Shown: in pieces, positions 17,816-27,298 of the stretch
How the letters are laid out: each line of letters opens with the position of its first letter
Numbering within the stretch: the first letter of the stretch is position 1
Assembly: GCA_024742485.1 (NCBI GenBank)
Contig: JANSYK010000005.1
Coordinates: 21,698 to 85,697, forward strand
Source: Alphaproteobacteria bacterium
Lineage (GTDB): Bacteria; Pseudomonadota; Alphaproteobacteria; Rhizobiales; Rhizobiaceae
DNA: 64,000 nt
Reading direction: 5' to 3'
The notes under the pieces: generated by a model
What the model was told of the DNA's origin: nothing
Databases searched by the model: none
The model's input: only the letters and a program-made list of their open reading frames with translations
Program-made: the position numbers and the translations under genes

Positions 17816-18014
17816 AAGGAGAAATCGCCGGACGGCAGCGGCACCGTGAATGATGGATGAAATGACGATGGTGAGCCATGCGTTCGCGTGTTTCACCCCG
17901 GAGGAGGGGTTCGATTTTGCCAGCCCGGAGCGTCGAACCCACATGCAGGAACCTCAATCAGGCGGACTGCACATGGCTGGCGCATGAGGAACTGACATCA
18001 CAGGGAGGTACAAG

Positions 18015-19247
18015 ATGAGCAATGCAACTGGATTATTTGGCGTTTCCGCACGTTCCAAAGGCTTGGCGCTCGCTGCCGCGGCAGCGCTTCTTGCCGGATC
18101 GTCATCAATGTCGATGGCTTTTCAGGACGAGGGCACACTTCGCATCGGAATGTTGGAGTCTTTGACCGGCGGCGCTGCGCCTTACGGTGTGCCCGGTGCG
18201 CGGGGCACTCTGTTGGCGATTGAGGAAGCCAACGCTGCCGGCGGGATCGAAATTGACGGCAAGAAGGTCAAGATCGAAGTCGTTGGCGGCGGCGAACTCG
18301 GGTCCGACGGTGGCCTTGACCCGGCCAAGGCAATCGCGAACCTGAAGGGGCTTGTCTATGATGACATGGTGTTGATGGTCAAAGGGCCGACAACATCCAC
18401 CATCGCCGAGGCAACATTCAACTATCTCAAGGAACTCGCTTCCGACAATAACGGCCTTGTTGTGCACTCATCGTCGGCGGGCGCACCAGGTCTTGGAGAA
18501 ATAAGCGAGTGGGGTTTTCGCAATTCCTTTGCCGAATCCTACGCTCTCGGATTTCTTGCCGAGCAGGTCGTTTCGAACACCGGCGCCAAGACCGCCGGCA
18601 TCTACCATCTGACCGACAATCCGTATTTCCCGGCAATTTCGGAACTGATGAAGAAGGAACTCACCGACAGGGGTGTTGAGGTCAAGACCGTGGTGACCGG
18701 ACTGTCCAAGGACGCCGACTTCTCGCGGCAGGTCAATGAGTTGCGCGCCGCTGATCCCGACATCGTCTACGTATCGGCCGATAATCAGCGCGGCATCGGT
18801 TTCATGAAGGAGGCCTTCCGCCGTCGCCTTCAGCCGGACGCCTTTATCGGAGGCATCTCGCAATTGGTACCCGACACAATCAAATCCGGCGGGGAAGCGA
18901 CCGAAGGCATGGTGATGGTTGGGTCCTATGACGACAAGAGCGATTCCATCGTTGCGTTCGGAAAGAAATTCAAGGAGCGCTGGGGTGACGATATCAACCT
19001 CTTCTCCGTGAACGGTTACGAAGCCGGACAGATTCTGATCGCCGCGTTGGAGATGTCTGGTATCAAAAATACCAGGGAATCACTGCAGGACGATCGGGCG
19101 AAACTTCGTGAAGCCTATGAGAAAGTGTCAATTGACAGCATCAGCGGTTACCCGGTCGCCTTCAACGACATTCACGATACACCGAAGGCCGGCGTGATCC
19201 TGACGATCAAGGACGGTGCGTTCGGTCCCTGGGAGCCGGGCCAGTAA
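18015..19247 (+). CDS. ABC transporter substrate-binding protein, LivK/branched-chain amino acid-binding family
   Basis: Signal peptide (LALAAAAALLAGSSSMSMA), type-I periplasmic binding fold pattern, SD GGGAGG 7 nt upstream. Followed by LivHMGF-type genes. Confidence 0.85.
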   Translation: MSNATGLFGVSARSKGLALAAAAALLAGSSSMSMAFQDEGTLRIGMLESLTGGAAPYGVPGARGTLLAIEEANAAGGIEIDGKKVKIEVVGGGELGSDGGLDPAKAIANLKGLVYDDMVLMVKGPTTSTIAEATFNYLKELASDNNGLVVHSSSAGAPGLGEISEWGFRNSFAESYALGFLAEQVVSNTGAKTAGIYHLTDNPYFPAISELMKKELTDRGVEVKTVVTGLSKDADFSRQVNELRAADPDIVYVSADNQRGIGFMKEAFRRRLQPDAFIGGISQLVPDTIKSGGEATEGMVMVGSYDDKSDSIVAFGKKFKERWGDDINLFSVNGYEAGQILIAALEMSGIKNTRESLQDDRAKLREAYEKVSIDSISGYPVAFNDIHDTPKAGVILTIKDGAFGPWEPGQ

Positions 19248-19276
19248 TCGCGCCTTCCTGGCGATGGAGTTGAGCG

Positions 19277-20185
19277 ATGATCGTTTTGGAGTATGCGATA
19301 AGTGGCCTCCTTTTCGGGGCGACCTATTCACTTGTCGCGATCGGCTTCACGCTCATCTTCGGTGTTCTCAATCGATTTAACATTGCGCATGGCGCAACAC
19401 TCATGGTGGCGGCCTTTGCGGGCGCCACCGTTTCGATCCTCCTCGGCGGCAGCGACAGCTACCTTGTCTTGATCCTCGCCTTCATCGTGTCGGTCATCAC
19501 CGGTGCGGTTCTGGGCCTGCTTGTTCGGCTGGTGGCTTTTGTACCGCTCAGGAACGCTGCCGCGCTCTCGCCATTTGTTACCAGCGCTGCGGTCGCGCTG
19601 ATTCTTGAAGAACTCTTTTTGCACCTTACCCAGCGGGTGCCGATCTACTCGATCGAAGTCACGGAGTTTCCCAGCCCCTTGGAAAATCTGGCTTTTTTTG
19701 TTGGCGATCTGTACATCCGCGGTGCCTATCTGGTGATATTTGTTGTTGCGCTGATCATCATGGCTTTGTTGCACTGGTGGCTCAATCACACGAAGAACGG
19801 ATTGGCGATCCGGGCGGTCGAAGAGAACCCGGACGCGGCCTGGCTGCTGGGCATCAATGGGCGCCGTGTGGAAATCATGGTGTTTGCAGCAGCCTCCGCT
19901 ATCGCCGGTGCCGCCGGGTGCCTGATCGGTGTTGCCTATGGAACCGTCAGCCCGTTCCTTGGGTCCAATCTTTTGCTGGTCAGTTTTGTCGTGTTGGTGC
20001 TGGCTGGCATCGGCAGTGTGCGCGGCGCGATGATTTGCGGCCTTCTGGTGGGGGTTATCGAAACCGTTACCGCTGGCACGGTTTCGTCCGAGACGAAGGA
20101 AGCTGTCCTGTTTGTGATCCTGTTTGCCGTCCTTCTCATTCGTCCGCAAGGCATCTTTGCCGGTGCGGCGTCGACGCGGGATTAG
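19277..20185 (+). CDS. ABC transporter permease, LivH family
   Basis: 302-aa polytopic membrane protein with typical LivH N-terminus (GLLFGATYSLVAIGFTLIFGVLNRFNIAHG). Confidence 0.88.
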   Translation: MIVLEYAISGLLFGATYSLVAIGFTLIFGVLNRFNIAHGATLMVAAFAGATVSILLGGSDSYLVLILAFIVSVITGAVLGLLVRLVAFVPLRNAAALSPFVTSAAVALILEELFLHLTQRVPIYSIEVTEFPSPLENLAFFVGDLYIRGAYLVIFVVALIIMALLHWWLNHTKNGLAIRAVEENPDAAWLLGINGRRVEIMVFAAASAIAGAAGCLIGVAYGTVSPFLGSNLLLVSFVVLVLAGIGSVRGAMICGLLVGVIETVTAGTVSSETKEAVLFVILFAVLLIRPQGIFAGAASTRD

Positions 20186-20188
20186 CGC

Positions 20189-21115
20189 ATGGCCTATTTG
20201 ACCGCACTGTTCGAGATCTCCGGTCTCAACATACTGCTGGCGCTCAGTGTCTTTGCCACACTCATGGTCGGCCAGTTTTCCCTCGCGCAGGTGGGCTTTT
20301 GGTCCATTGGTGCCTTTGTCTCGGCAATGCTGACAACGATGTACGGATTTCCGCTGTTTTCCGCCTTGCTCATCTCGGGCATCATCTGTGCCGTGATCGG
20401 AGTTGCACTGGGCTATCCGTGCCTGCGCATCAAGGGCATCTATCTGACCCTGGCGACCGTTGCGTTCGCAGAGGTCGTGAGAGTGTTTTTCAGCAACCTT
20501 CATCACCAGGTGGAGATTGACGGGCAGATGGTCGGTCCGGCGGGCGCACTTGGCTTTCGCGGAGTCGACGTCATCGCCGCCTGGCCCGAGATCTTTGCCG
20601 TTGTGTTGGTCGTTATCGGTCTTTTTTTCTGGATCGAAAGGTCGAGAATTGGATTGTCGGCCAACGCAATCAGGGAGGATGAAACCGCCGCGGCGGCGAT
20701 GGGGATCAATGTCGTGCTGGTCAAGGTGTCCATGTTCGCATTCGGCGCTGCCATCGCCGGAGTCGGTGGCGGTCTTTACGCAACGTTCTCGTCCTTCGTG
20801 CTGGCCAGCAATTTCAGTTTTCACCTTGCCTTGATCTCCATCTTTTATGTGGCCGTCGGTGGCATGTATCGTTTCTATGGGCCGATCGTCGGCGCCATAT
20901 TGCTGACCGCGTTGCCGGAGACCTTCCGATTTGCGTCCGACTACCGGATGATCCTTTACGGTGTGGTGGTGCTCATCGTGGTGGCGGCATTTCCACGGGG
21001 CATTGTGGACGAGATTCTCTTTCGACTGGGTGAGAGACGTGAGCGCAATCGTGTCAGGGATGCGCAAAGGGGGGCATCCTCCGGTTCCGATGCCACCATC
21101 AGGGGCGAGAGCTGA
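20189..21115 (+). CDS. ABC transporter permease, LivM family
   Basis: 308-aa polytopic membrane protein. Starts 3 nt after the livH-like stop. Contains the GQFSLAQVGFWSIGAF motif typical of LivM. Confidence 0.88.
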   Translation: MAYLTALFEISGLNILLALSVFATLMVGQFSLAQVGFWSIGAFVSAMLTTMYGFPLFSALLISGIICAVIGVALGYPCLRIKGIYLTLATVAFAEVVRVFFSNLHHQVEIDGQMVGPAGALGFRGVDVIAAWPEIFAVVLVVIGLFFWIERSRIGLSANAIREDETAAAAMGINVVLVKVSMFAFGAAIAGVGGGLYATFSSFVLASNFSFHLALISIFYVAVGGMYRFYGPIVGAILLTALPETFRFASDYRMILYGVVVLIVVAAFPRGIVDEILFRLGERRERNRVRDAQRGASSGSDATIRGES

Positions 21116-21118
21116 GGG

Positions 21119-21874
21119 ATGTTTTCGGTCTCCAATCTCAGCAAGTCATTCGGCGGCCTGAAGGCGCTCGACAAACTGGATTTCAGCCTGTCATCGGGCG
21201 AGGTCATGGGTCTGATCGGCCCGAACGGTTCCGGCAAGACAACGACCATCAATGTGATCACTGGCATCTTCCCGGTTACCGACGGTACGGTGAAACTGAA
21301 CGATCAGAACCTGACCAACAAACGATCCGATCTCGTGGCCAAAGCCGGTATTGCGCGGACCTTTCAGAATCTGCGTCTGTTTGGCCGGCACACTGTCCGC
21401 GACAATATCCGTTCATCGCAAACCATTTTGTGCAAATCGCTGATCTCGCGCCTGAGTGCCATTCCGACCGCGGAAGAACGCCGGTTGTCACAGGAAGCGG
21501 ATGCGCTTCTTGAGCAATTTCAGTTGCAGGATCTGAGCAGGCGAACGGCCGATTCCCTTTCCTATGGCGAACGAAAGCGGCTGGAGATGGCGCGTGCACT
21601 GGCCATGCGGCCGAAGGTGCTGCTGCTCGACGAACCGGCAGCCGGCATGAACCCGACGGAGCTGGAATGGCTCGCAGGGACGATCTCCCACCTGCGCTCG
21701 ACCGGTTTGGCCATCGTTCTCGTTGAACACCACATGAAACTGGTCATGCGCATTTGCGACAGGATCACCGTTCTGAATTTCGGCGGCAAAATCGCCGAGG
21801 GAACACCCGATGACGTTTCCCGCAACGAGGATGTGATCACGGCGTATCTTGGAGAGGCGGACGACCGTGATTGA
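21119..21874 (+). CDS. ABC transporter ATP-binding protein, LivG family
   Basis: Walker A GPNGSGKTT, signature LSYGERKRLEMARAL, Walker B LLLDEPAAGMN. Confidence 0.9.
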   Translation: MFSVSNLSKSFGGLKALDKLDFSLSSGEVMGLIGPNGSGKTTTINVITGIFPVTDGTVKLNDQNLTNKRSDLVAKAGIARTFQNLRLFGRHTVRDNIRSSQTILCKSLISRLSAIPTAEERRLSQEADALLEQFQLQDLSRRTADSLSYGERKRLEMARALAMRPKVLLLDEPAAGMNPTELEWLAGTISHLRSTGLAIVLVEHHMKLVMRICDRITVLNFGGKIAEGTPDDVSRNEDVITAYLGEADDRD

Positions 21875-22571
21875 GCTCAACGCCATCGTTGCGGGCTACG
21901 GCGCCAACCCGGTTCTTCAGGCCGTCGACCTGAAGGTCAGACAAGGCGAGCTGGTGGCTGTGATTGGCCCCAACGGCGCGGGAAAAACCACGCTCCTGCG
22001 GGCCATTTCCGGCTTGGTGCGTCCGACTTCAGGCGCCATCATGATGGATGGCAAGGATCTCACACGGCTGGATCCCGATCAAATCGTGGGAATGGGCATC
22101 ATTCACGTTCCTGAAGGGCGCATGGTTCTGACCCGGATGACGGTTCGGGAAAATCTCATGCTTGGCGCGTTCAAGCGAAACGACGATGCGGCCGTCAAAC
22201 GCGACTTCGACCACGCGGTGACGATGTTTCCCATTCTCCGTGAACGCATCGGACAGATGGCGGGCACGCTCAGTGGAGGCGAACAGCAGATGCTGGCGAT
22301 TGCGCGCGGGCTTATGGGGGCACCCAGACTGCTGATGCTCGACGAGCCCTCGCTGGGGATTGCCCCCATCCTCGTCAAAACCATTTTCAAGGCAATCAAG
22401 GACATCCAGGACGCCGGGGTTACAATTCTGATGGTTGAGCAGAATGCCACCAAGGCGCTGGCGGCGGCTGATCGTGCTTATGCTCTCGATCTCGGGTCCG
22501 TCACCGCCAGCGGTCAGGCTGACGCCCTGTTGAAGGATGAACGGGTCCGGCAAGCCTATCTCGGATTGTGA
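21867..22571 (+). CDS. ABC transporter ATP-binding protein, LivF family
   Basis: Walker A GPNGAGKTT, signature LSGGEQQMLAIARGL, Walker B LLMLDEPSLGIAP. GTG at 21867 is 9 nt after GGAGAGG and overlaps the livG-like stop (GTGATTGA). The track start at 21849 is a TTG lying inside that SD. Confidence 0.88.
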   Translation: MIELNAIVAGYGANPVLQAVDLKVRQGELVAVIGPNGAGKTTLLRAISGLVRPTSGAIMMDGKDLTRLDPDQIVGMGIIHVPEGRMVLTRMTVRENLMLGAFKRNDDAAVKRDFDHAVTMFPILRERIGQMAGTLSGGEQQMLAIARGLMGAPRLLMLDEPSLGIAPILVKTIFKAIKDIQDAGVTILMVEQNATKALAAADRAYALDLGSVTASGQADALLKDERVRQAYLGL

Positions 22572-22588
22572 CGGTGTCCGGTTCTGAT

Positions 22589-23491
22589 TCAACCTGCAAA
22601 TGGATGCGACGGCAGACCCTTGACGCCCGGTCGGCAGCGAAACACATATCCCGCCTTCGCTTCATGCGGATTGCCGTCATCATTCAGCTTGAAGTCTGCT
22701 GTGGTGATATAGAGTTCGTCCATTGATGGACCGCCGAAATTGCAGCTCGTGACCCGTGCGGCCGGGAGCGAAATCACACCGATCCAATCCCCTTGTGGAT
22801 TGTAGCGTCTGACCTGGCCGCCATGGAAGAGTGCCACCCACACACATCCATCCGCATCGACCGCCATGCCGTCGGGCAAGCCCGTATCCCGGTCGATATC
22901 GACGAAACGCCGGCCATTGGAAACGTGCCCGTTGTAAAGATCATAGTCGAAGACATTGATCCCGCGCGCCAGCGTGTCGTTGAAATAAAGCAGCCTGTTG
23001 TCGGGGCTCCAGGCTATTCCGTTTGAAACCCTGACGTCCTGCAATGCCGGTGTCACGCGAAGATCGGGATCGATGCGGTATAGGGTGCCGGCATCCCGCT
23101 CAAACCGCGTGGAGAATGTGCCACTCCACAGCCGGCCTCTCGCATCGCATTTGCCATCGTTCATGCGATTGTTTGGAAGGTCCGCCTCAATGGGAACGAT
23201 CAGAGAGACTTCGTCACCCGTGTCGCTGACCGACAGCAGGCCGTCGACGGACGTGGCAACAAAGCCACCGCATGACCGTGGGATCGCAGCACCGATCGTG
23301 TGTCCGACGTCTATGCTCGAAAGGTGATCTGTCGTCGGATCATATCTGTGGATGTGCCCTTCATTGCAATCCACGAAGATCAGCGTATTCGTGACATCAT
23401 CCCAGATCGGCCCCTCGGCGAGGTCGAAATTCTGAGCCACCACAACGTCCAGGCTTTCCGTGTAGTCGGTAAAAGGCGCCACTGCGGTCAT
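22589..23491 (-). CDS. SMP-30/gluconolactonase/LRE-family lactonase-like protein
   Basis: 300-aa ORF with the beta-propeller pattern typical of SMP-30 family (EGPIWD..., NDGKCD..GRLW, SNGIAWSPD, PDGMAVD..G..W). Last gene of a minus-strand operon. Confidence 0.8.
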   Translation of the reverse strand: MTAVAPFTDYTESLDVVVAQNFDLAEGPIWDDVTNTLIFVDCNEGHIHRYDPTTDHLSSIDVGHTIGAAIPRSCGGFVATSVDGLLSVSDTGDEVSLIVPIEADLPNNRMNDGKCDARGRLWSGTFSTRFERDAGTLYRIDPDLRVTPALQDVRVSNGIAWSPDNRLLYFNDTLARGINVFDYDLYNGHVSNGRRFVDIDRDTGLPDGMAVDADGCVWVALFHGGQVRRYNPQGDWIGVISLPAARVTSCNFGGPSMDELYITTADFKLNDDGNPHEAKAGYVFRCRPGVKGLPSHPFAG

Positions 23492-23543
23492 CCAGATTTG
23501 ATCAGGGTGCGGTTTTCAATCAAGCCTTTATGCAAGGGATTTC

Positions 23544-24704
23544 CTATGCCATTCGACGCGGGAGGGGGAACGTCACTGGTCCATGTTCGCGTGTTGGCAG
23601 CACGACCGATGCTGTTCCCTCGGCTGACACAACATCCTTCTGATTGACCGCGCGGACAGCGATCCTGACAAGTCCATAGCCGTCCTGCATCAGCGTTTCC
23701 GTCACCGTTCCGGTCCACCAGAGAGTGTCCCCAACCAGGTTTGGCTTCATGACGCTTACATCCAGCGTGTGGAGAAAACCGTCATCGCCGATCCAGTTCG
23801 TCAGCATGTGCTGGGCCCAGGCAATTCGTTGCGGTCCGATGTCGTAGGCACCACCCATGCCGACGTCACGCCCGGTCGACGTTTCGAGATGCCCGCGACC
23901 GGCCGATTCCCTGGCGCCGGTTTTCTTGTTCAGATGGTAATCTGCATGTCTTTGACGATAGCGGATTGCATCGCCATGCACGCCGCCATAATGGGTTGCT
24001 CCCTGCTGCGCCGAATACCAGGCCATGATGTCCATAATGCCAAGCGGTCCCCTGACCACTTGCGGGACGGCGTCGCCCACTGAAACATCTTCCCAATATA
24101 GCGGTTGGTTGCCTCTTCTGGGCTCGGCCAGAACCTGCCGCTCGATATCCTCGATTTCCTCGGTGGTGTACTGATGGGGATCGCTTGTTTTCCGGTTCTC
24201 CGAATTGGACTGCTTCTTGAGATTGTCGCCCCGGGGCGTCCGCGCGCACCGACCCAGTGCCGTTCCGGCGACACGCCCATGCTGGTTGAAATATTTCAGC
24301 TCGCCGGTCTGCAGAACCCATTTCGGAAAACGGCGTCCATGCTTGATTTCCTGTTTGAGCAATTTGGCTTCGACCTTGAATGTGTCATCCAGCAGGATCG
24401 GCTCGAACCAGGTCCAGGATGTCCCGGCATACAGCCACTGCACACCCGGCAATTTGGGCGCAACGACCGTTCCATCGACCGCATAGAGGATGCAGGGTGG
24501 AGCAACAATCTTGCCATGGGAAGACGCTGCAGCATATTCGCGGTCGAGCCACAGTGGATTGTTGTCGCCGACGCCCCAGGCAAAATGACGAATGGCATCA
24601 CGGGTCGCGGTTTCAATCCATTGCATGCGGTCGCGACGAAGCGTGACGCCCACAAGGGCTTCGGCTTCTGCAATGCCTTCGTCCGAAATCGTTCCCCAGG
24701 TCAT
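23544..24704 (-). CDS. Double hot-dog (MaoC-like / FAS1-like) acyl-CoA hydratase/dehydratase
   Basis: 386 aa. N-terminal half resembles MaoC-dehydratase N-terminal domains (IRHFAWGVGDNNPLWLD). C-terminal half is MaoC-like. SD GGAGAGG 4 nt before the ATG. Confidence 0.75.
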   Translation of the reverse strand: MTWGTISDEGIAEAEALVGVTLRRDRMQWIETATRDAIRHFAWGVGDNNPLWLDREYAAASSHGKIVAPPCILYAVDGTVVAPKLPGVQWLYAGTSWTWFEPILLDDTFKVEAKLLKQEIKHGRRFPKWVLQTGELKYFNQHGRVAGTALGRCARTPRGDNLKKQSNSENRKTSDPHQYTTEEIEDIERQVLAEPRRGNQPLYWEDVSVGDAVPQVVRGPLGIMDIMAWYSAQQGATHYGGVHGDAIRYRQRHADYHLNKKTGARESAGRGHLETSTGRDVGMGGAYDIGPQRIAWAQHMLTNWIGDDGFLHTLDVSVMKPNLVGDTLWWTGTVTETLMQDGYGLVRIAVRAVNQKDVVSAEGTASVVLPTREHGPVTFPLPRRMA

Positions 24705-24737
24705 CGCGCCTCTCCACGCATGAGTGAACCGATATAT

Positions 24738-25667
24738 CTATCGGCTGATGATGAACGGCACGTTCGGCTTGTTGGATCCATCTGAATATCCTGGCCTGAA
24801 TATCTGCCACGCGGCAGCCTCTTCCGGCGACAGGACGGGCGCCATCGGTGCTCCGGTTTCAATCGCCAGATCCAGCAATTCATGTCGGTCGCGCTTGCCC
24901 AGTTCAGCTTCGAAAACCGGCATGATTTCGCTGTCATCCTCCGACAATTTGAAGGGGTTTTGAAACTTCGGATCCTGTGCCCATTCGGGATTGCCGAAGG
25001 CCGCGAGAATGGATGCCCAATCCTGTTTCGAGCGCGCCTGAACAGCAACAAATCCGTCCCGGCAGCTGAAAAAACCCTGTGGAAAGACACCGCCATGTTC
25101 GACCGTTGTCCGTCCATGCCGCCGCCATCCATAGGGCACCCCGGCATGGTTGCCGGAATTCTGTTCCGCAAATGCGCGCAATATATCGGCTGCCGAGACA
25201 TCAATTCTCTGCGGTCGTGGCGTCCGGTTCGATTTCTCCGCATGAAGAAGCCCAAGGGCCAGGTTCGCACCGAACATCCCCGTCCAGCGTTCCGGCAAAT
25301 GGACGGGCAGCACGCCTGGTGCTCCATCGGCCTTGCCGATGACGGAGGAAACACCCGAAACGGCACTTGCAAATGCGCCGACCCCCGGTCGGCCGACCTC
25401 GTAGTCCCAAAGGAAAATCTCGGTCGGACCTTCGCCGCTGCCCGTTTCCGCCTCAACGGTGTCCCCGGAAACGAGGATTGCCAGTGGCGCCGGGTCCAGT
25501 CTTCTGGCCTGTGCAACCGTCTCGGCGCCTTCCAGCGACGCTCCGATTTCCGTCAGCCAGCTTGCAGCATTCAAAACGGATCGATTGGCCCCAACAATGG
25601 CAAAACGCGCCGATCCGATCGTCAATGAGCGATTGGATGTCACGGATGCTGCATCACTTTGATCCAT
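24738..25667 (-). CDS. Divergent family III (CaiB/BaiF-like) CoA-transferase paralogue
   Basis: C-terminal half has the family III pattern FPQGFFSCRDGFVAVQARSKQDWASILAAFGNPEWAQDPKF. N-terminal region is only weakly similar. ATG at 25667 has GGAG 7 nt upstream and overlaps the upstream gene by 14 nt. Track ORF extends to 25748. Confidence 0.65.
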   Translation of the reverse strand: MDQSDAASVTSNRSLTIGSARFAIVGANRSVLNAASWLTEIGASLEGAETVAQARRLDPAPLAILVSGDTVEAETGSGEGPTEIFLWDYEVGRPGVGAFASAVSGVSSVIGKADGAPGVLPVHLPERWTGMFGANLALGLLHAEKSNRTPRPQRIDVSAADILRAFAEQNSGNHAGVPYGWRRHGRTTVEHGGVFPQGFFSCRDGFVAVQARSKQDWASILAAFGNPEWAQDPKFQNPFKLSEDDSEIMPVFEAELGKRDRHELLDLAIETGAPMAPVLSPEEAAAWQIFRPGYSDGSNKPNVPFIISR

Positions 25668-26808
25668 GGCGACGCTCCACATCGAAATTGCTGATCTCGT
25701 TCCTGTCGTCTGTCGACCAGCCCAGCAGTGATCCAAGGACGTAATCATTGCCTTCGCCCAGTGTTGGTGCTGTCTTTCTCAGCGGCGCGCGATGTCCGTC
25801 AATCCACCACGGCGCCGCAACAATATCTTCCGGACCGGTCGTCGGATGGATCGTTGTTATCAGCGTGCCCTCTTTTGTTGCTCCGGCGCCGACTTCAGCC
25901 GGCTGTTCAATAACCCGGACACTTTGAACTCCAGCTTCGTTCAGAAGGGTAGTTGCTGCATCAATCGTAGTGCCCTGTACCCGCTTGCTCAATGCGGCAA
26001 TATCCGTTTCCGTCATTTTTGAGGGCCAGGCAACACACACATGGCTTTGGTCCGCAGTCCGCAACACAGTAGACGTGTTGGATTCAAACTCGGCGGTCAG
26101 GCCAAGTGATTTTGCAAGGCGCTTGAGGTCTTCATCATTGTCTGTTGCCGCATGGGCGATCGCTTCAAGCTGTGACAGTTCGATATGGGCGCCCTTGCCG
26201 GTTTGTTTTGCTTCCACAATGGCGGCAATCGACGCAAAAAGGCCATAGGTGGCAGCGTTCGGATCGGACGCCACAAAGGTCGGCGTTCCAACGAATTCCG
26301 ATGTTTCCGGGTCGACGATATTGGCTTCCAGTCCGGAGAGGGCGGACAGCACCAGACCATAGGCACGCATGTCCGACAGTCGCGATGACGAGCCGAAGCC
26401 GGAAAGCGAAAGCAGAACAATTCCAGGATTGGCTTTGCGAAGCGCCTCATATCCGACGCCCAGACGGTTCAAGGTCCCCGATGTGAAGTTCTCAATTACC
26501 AGGTCGGTCTCGCGTGCCAGATCAAGCAACCCGTCGCGGTGCTTTTCGACCTTCAGGTCCAGAGTAACGCCAATCTTGTTCCGGTTCAGCCCGTGAAAGG
26601 ACTGCGACATCTCCCGCCGGATAAACTCGGGATACCGGCCAGCCATGCGCTCCACGCCGCGTGTGCGGTATAGGTCGTATCGCTTGTACCACTCGACCTT
26701 GATGACCTCTGCACCAAGGTCGGCCAGATATTGGCCGAGCAAAGGACCAGACCACACCCAGCACAATTCGATGACCCGAATACCTGACAGTGGCAGAGCC
26801 GCACTCAT
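25654..26808 (-). CDS. Family III CoA-transferase (CaiB/BaiF family)
   Basis: N-terminal signature LSGIRVIELCWVWSGPLLGQYLADLGAEVIKVE. 384 aa. SD GGAGGA 8 nt before the ATG. Confidence 0.85.
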   Translation of the reverse strand: MSAALPLSGIRVIELCWVWSGPLLGQYLADLGAEVIKVEWYKRYDLYRTRGVERMAGRYPEFIRREMSQSFHGLNRNKIGVTLDLKVEKHRDGLLDLARETDLVIENFTSGTLNRLGVGYEALRKANPGIVLLSLSGFGSSSRLSDMRAYGLVLSALSGLEANIVDPETSEFVGTPTFVASDPNAATYGLFASIAAIVEAKQTGKGAHIELSQLEAIAHAATDNDEDLKRLAKSLGLTAEFESNTSTVLRTADQSHVCVAWPSKMTETDIAALSKRVQGTTIDAATTLLNEAGVQSVRVIEQPAEVGAGATKEGTLITTIHPTTGPEDIVAAPWWIDGHRAPLRKTAPTLGEGNDYVLGSLLGWSTDDRNEISNFDVERRHGSK

Positions 26809-27063
26809 GGTGGCATTCCTCCAACTCTGTTACGCGCTGTCCCCGAACGGACCTGAACAAGCACTTGATTTGATCGCCGGGTTGTCGATGGAAAAACCCG
26901 CCCGGACCGCTTTGTTTCAGGTGCTTGCCGACCGGAAAACTGACAAGGATGAAATCCCTTTTCTGATTGTTGTATGTCCAGCGCGGACATGACCCTCAGC
27001 GGCCGGAATCACCGGACCTCCAGCCATAGCGATGCATTTCCAACTATGGTTTGAAGCGAATGT

Positions 27064-27100
27064 AATTGTCAATATACAAAAATTAATTTTCTATAGAAAA
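27064..27100 (-). promoter_or_regulatory. AT-rich conserved motif (copy A) containing the 12-bp palindrome AAAATTAATTTT next to a TTGACA hexamer, upstream of the CoA-transferase operon
   Basis: Minus-strand reading TTTTCTATAGAAAATTAATTTTTGTATATTGACAATT. Nearly identical to 34828-34862 on the plus strand. TTGACA lies at 27072-27067. Confidence 0.6.
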
Positions 27101-27298
27101 TAACGAGATGATCGTGCGATTGGTGCCATTTGGAGTGAAAGACGGGCAATGCGCACAAATTCAACTGTTTTAACCGACTTTCAACCGCTCACATCAAGAC
27201 GCGCCACAATGGTTCTGCGTGACGGTCTATGCGATGAAGCGCGGATCGCAGCGATGCCTGCGCGGCGCCGCGTTCGTTTCGAAATAGGAAAACAGCCG

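Noticed and set aside
16139-17944. 601-aa ORF on the minus strand, longer than the BVMO ORF it overlaps
   Set aside because: It is antisense to a gene with unmistakable BVMO motifs on the plus strand. Its translation is Arg/Pro/Gly-rich with no recognisable motifs. Long stop-free antisense frames are expected in GC-rich genes.
17853-17990. 45-codon ORF between the BVMO and the livK-like gene. A 38-codon ORF at 53149-53265 after hyuB is similar.
   Set aside because: The AAGGAG at 17816 has no start codon at a usable distance. At 53149 the AGGAG abuts the ATG. No family resemblance in either.
19328-21067. 579-aa minus-strand ORF across the livH/livM-like genes
   Set aside because: Antisense shadow ORF. 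The plus-strand frames encode coherent polytopic permeases with family motifs, and the minus-strand product is low-complexity (H/R/D/G rich).
26805-26990. 61-codon ORF in the CoA-transferase leader whose stop overlaps the transferase ATG (ATGA)
   Set aside because: No usable SD (GAGGG is only 2 nt from the ATG), and the product is Arg/Ser/Gly-rich and random-looking. Probably a chance open frame in GC-rich leader DNA, though the ATGA overlap is noted.
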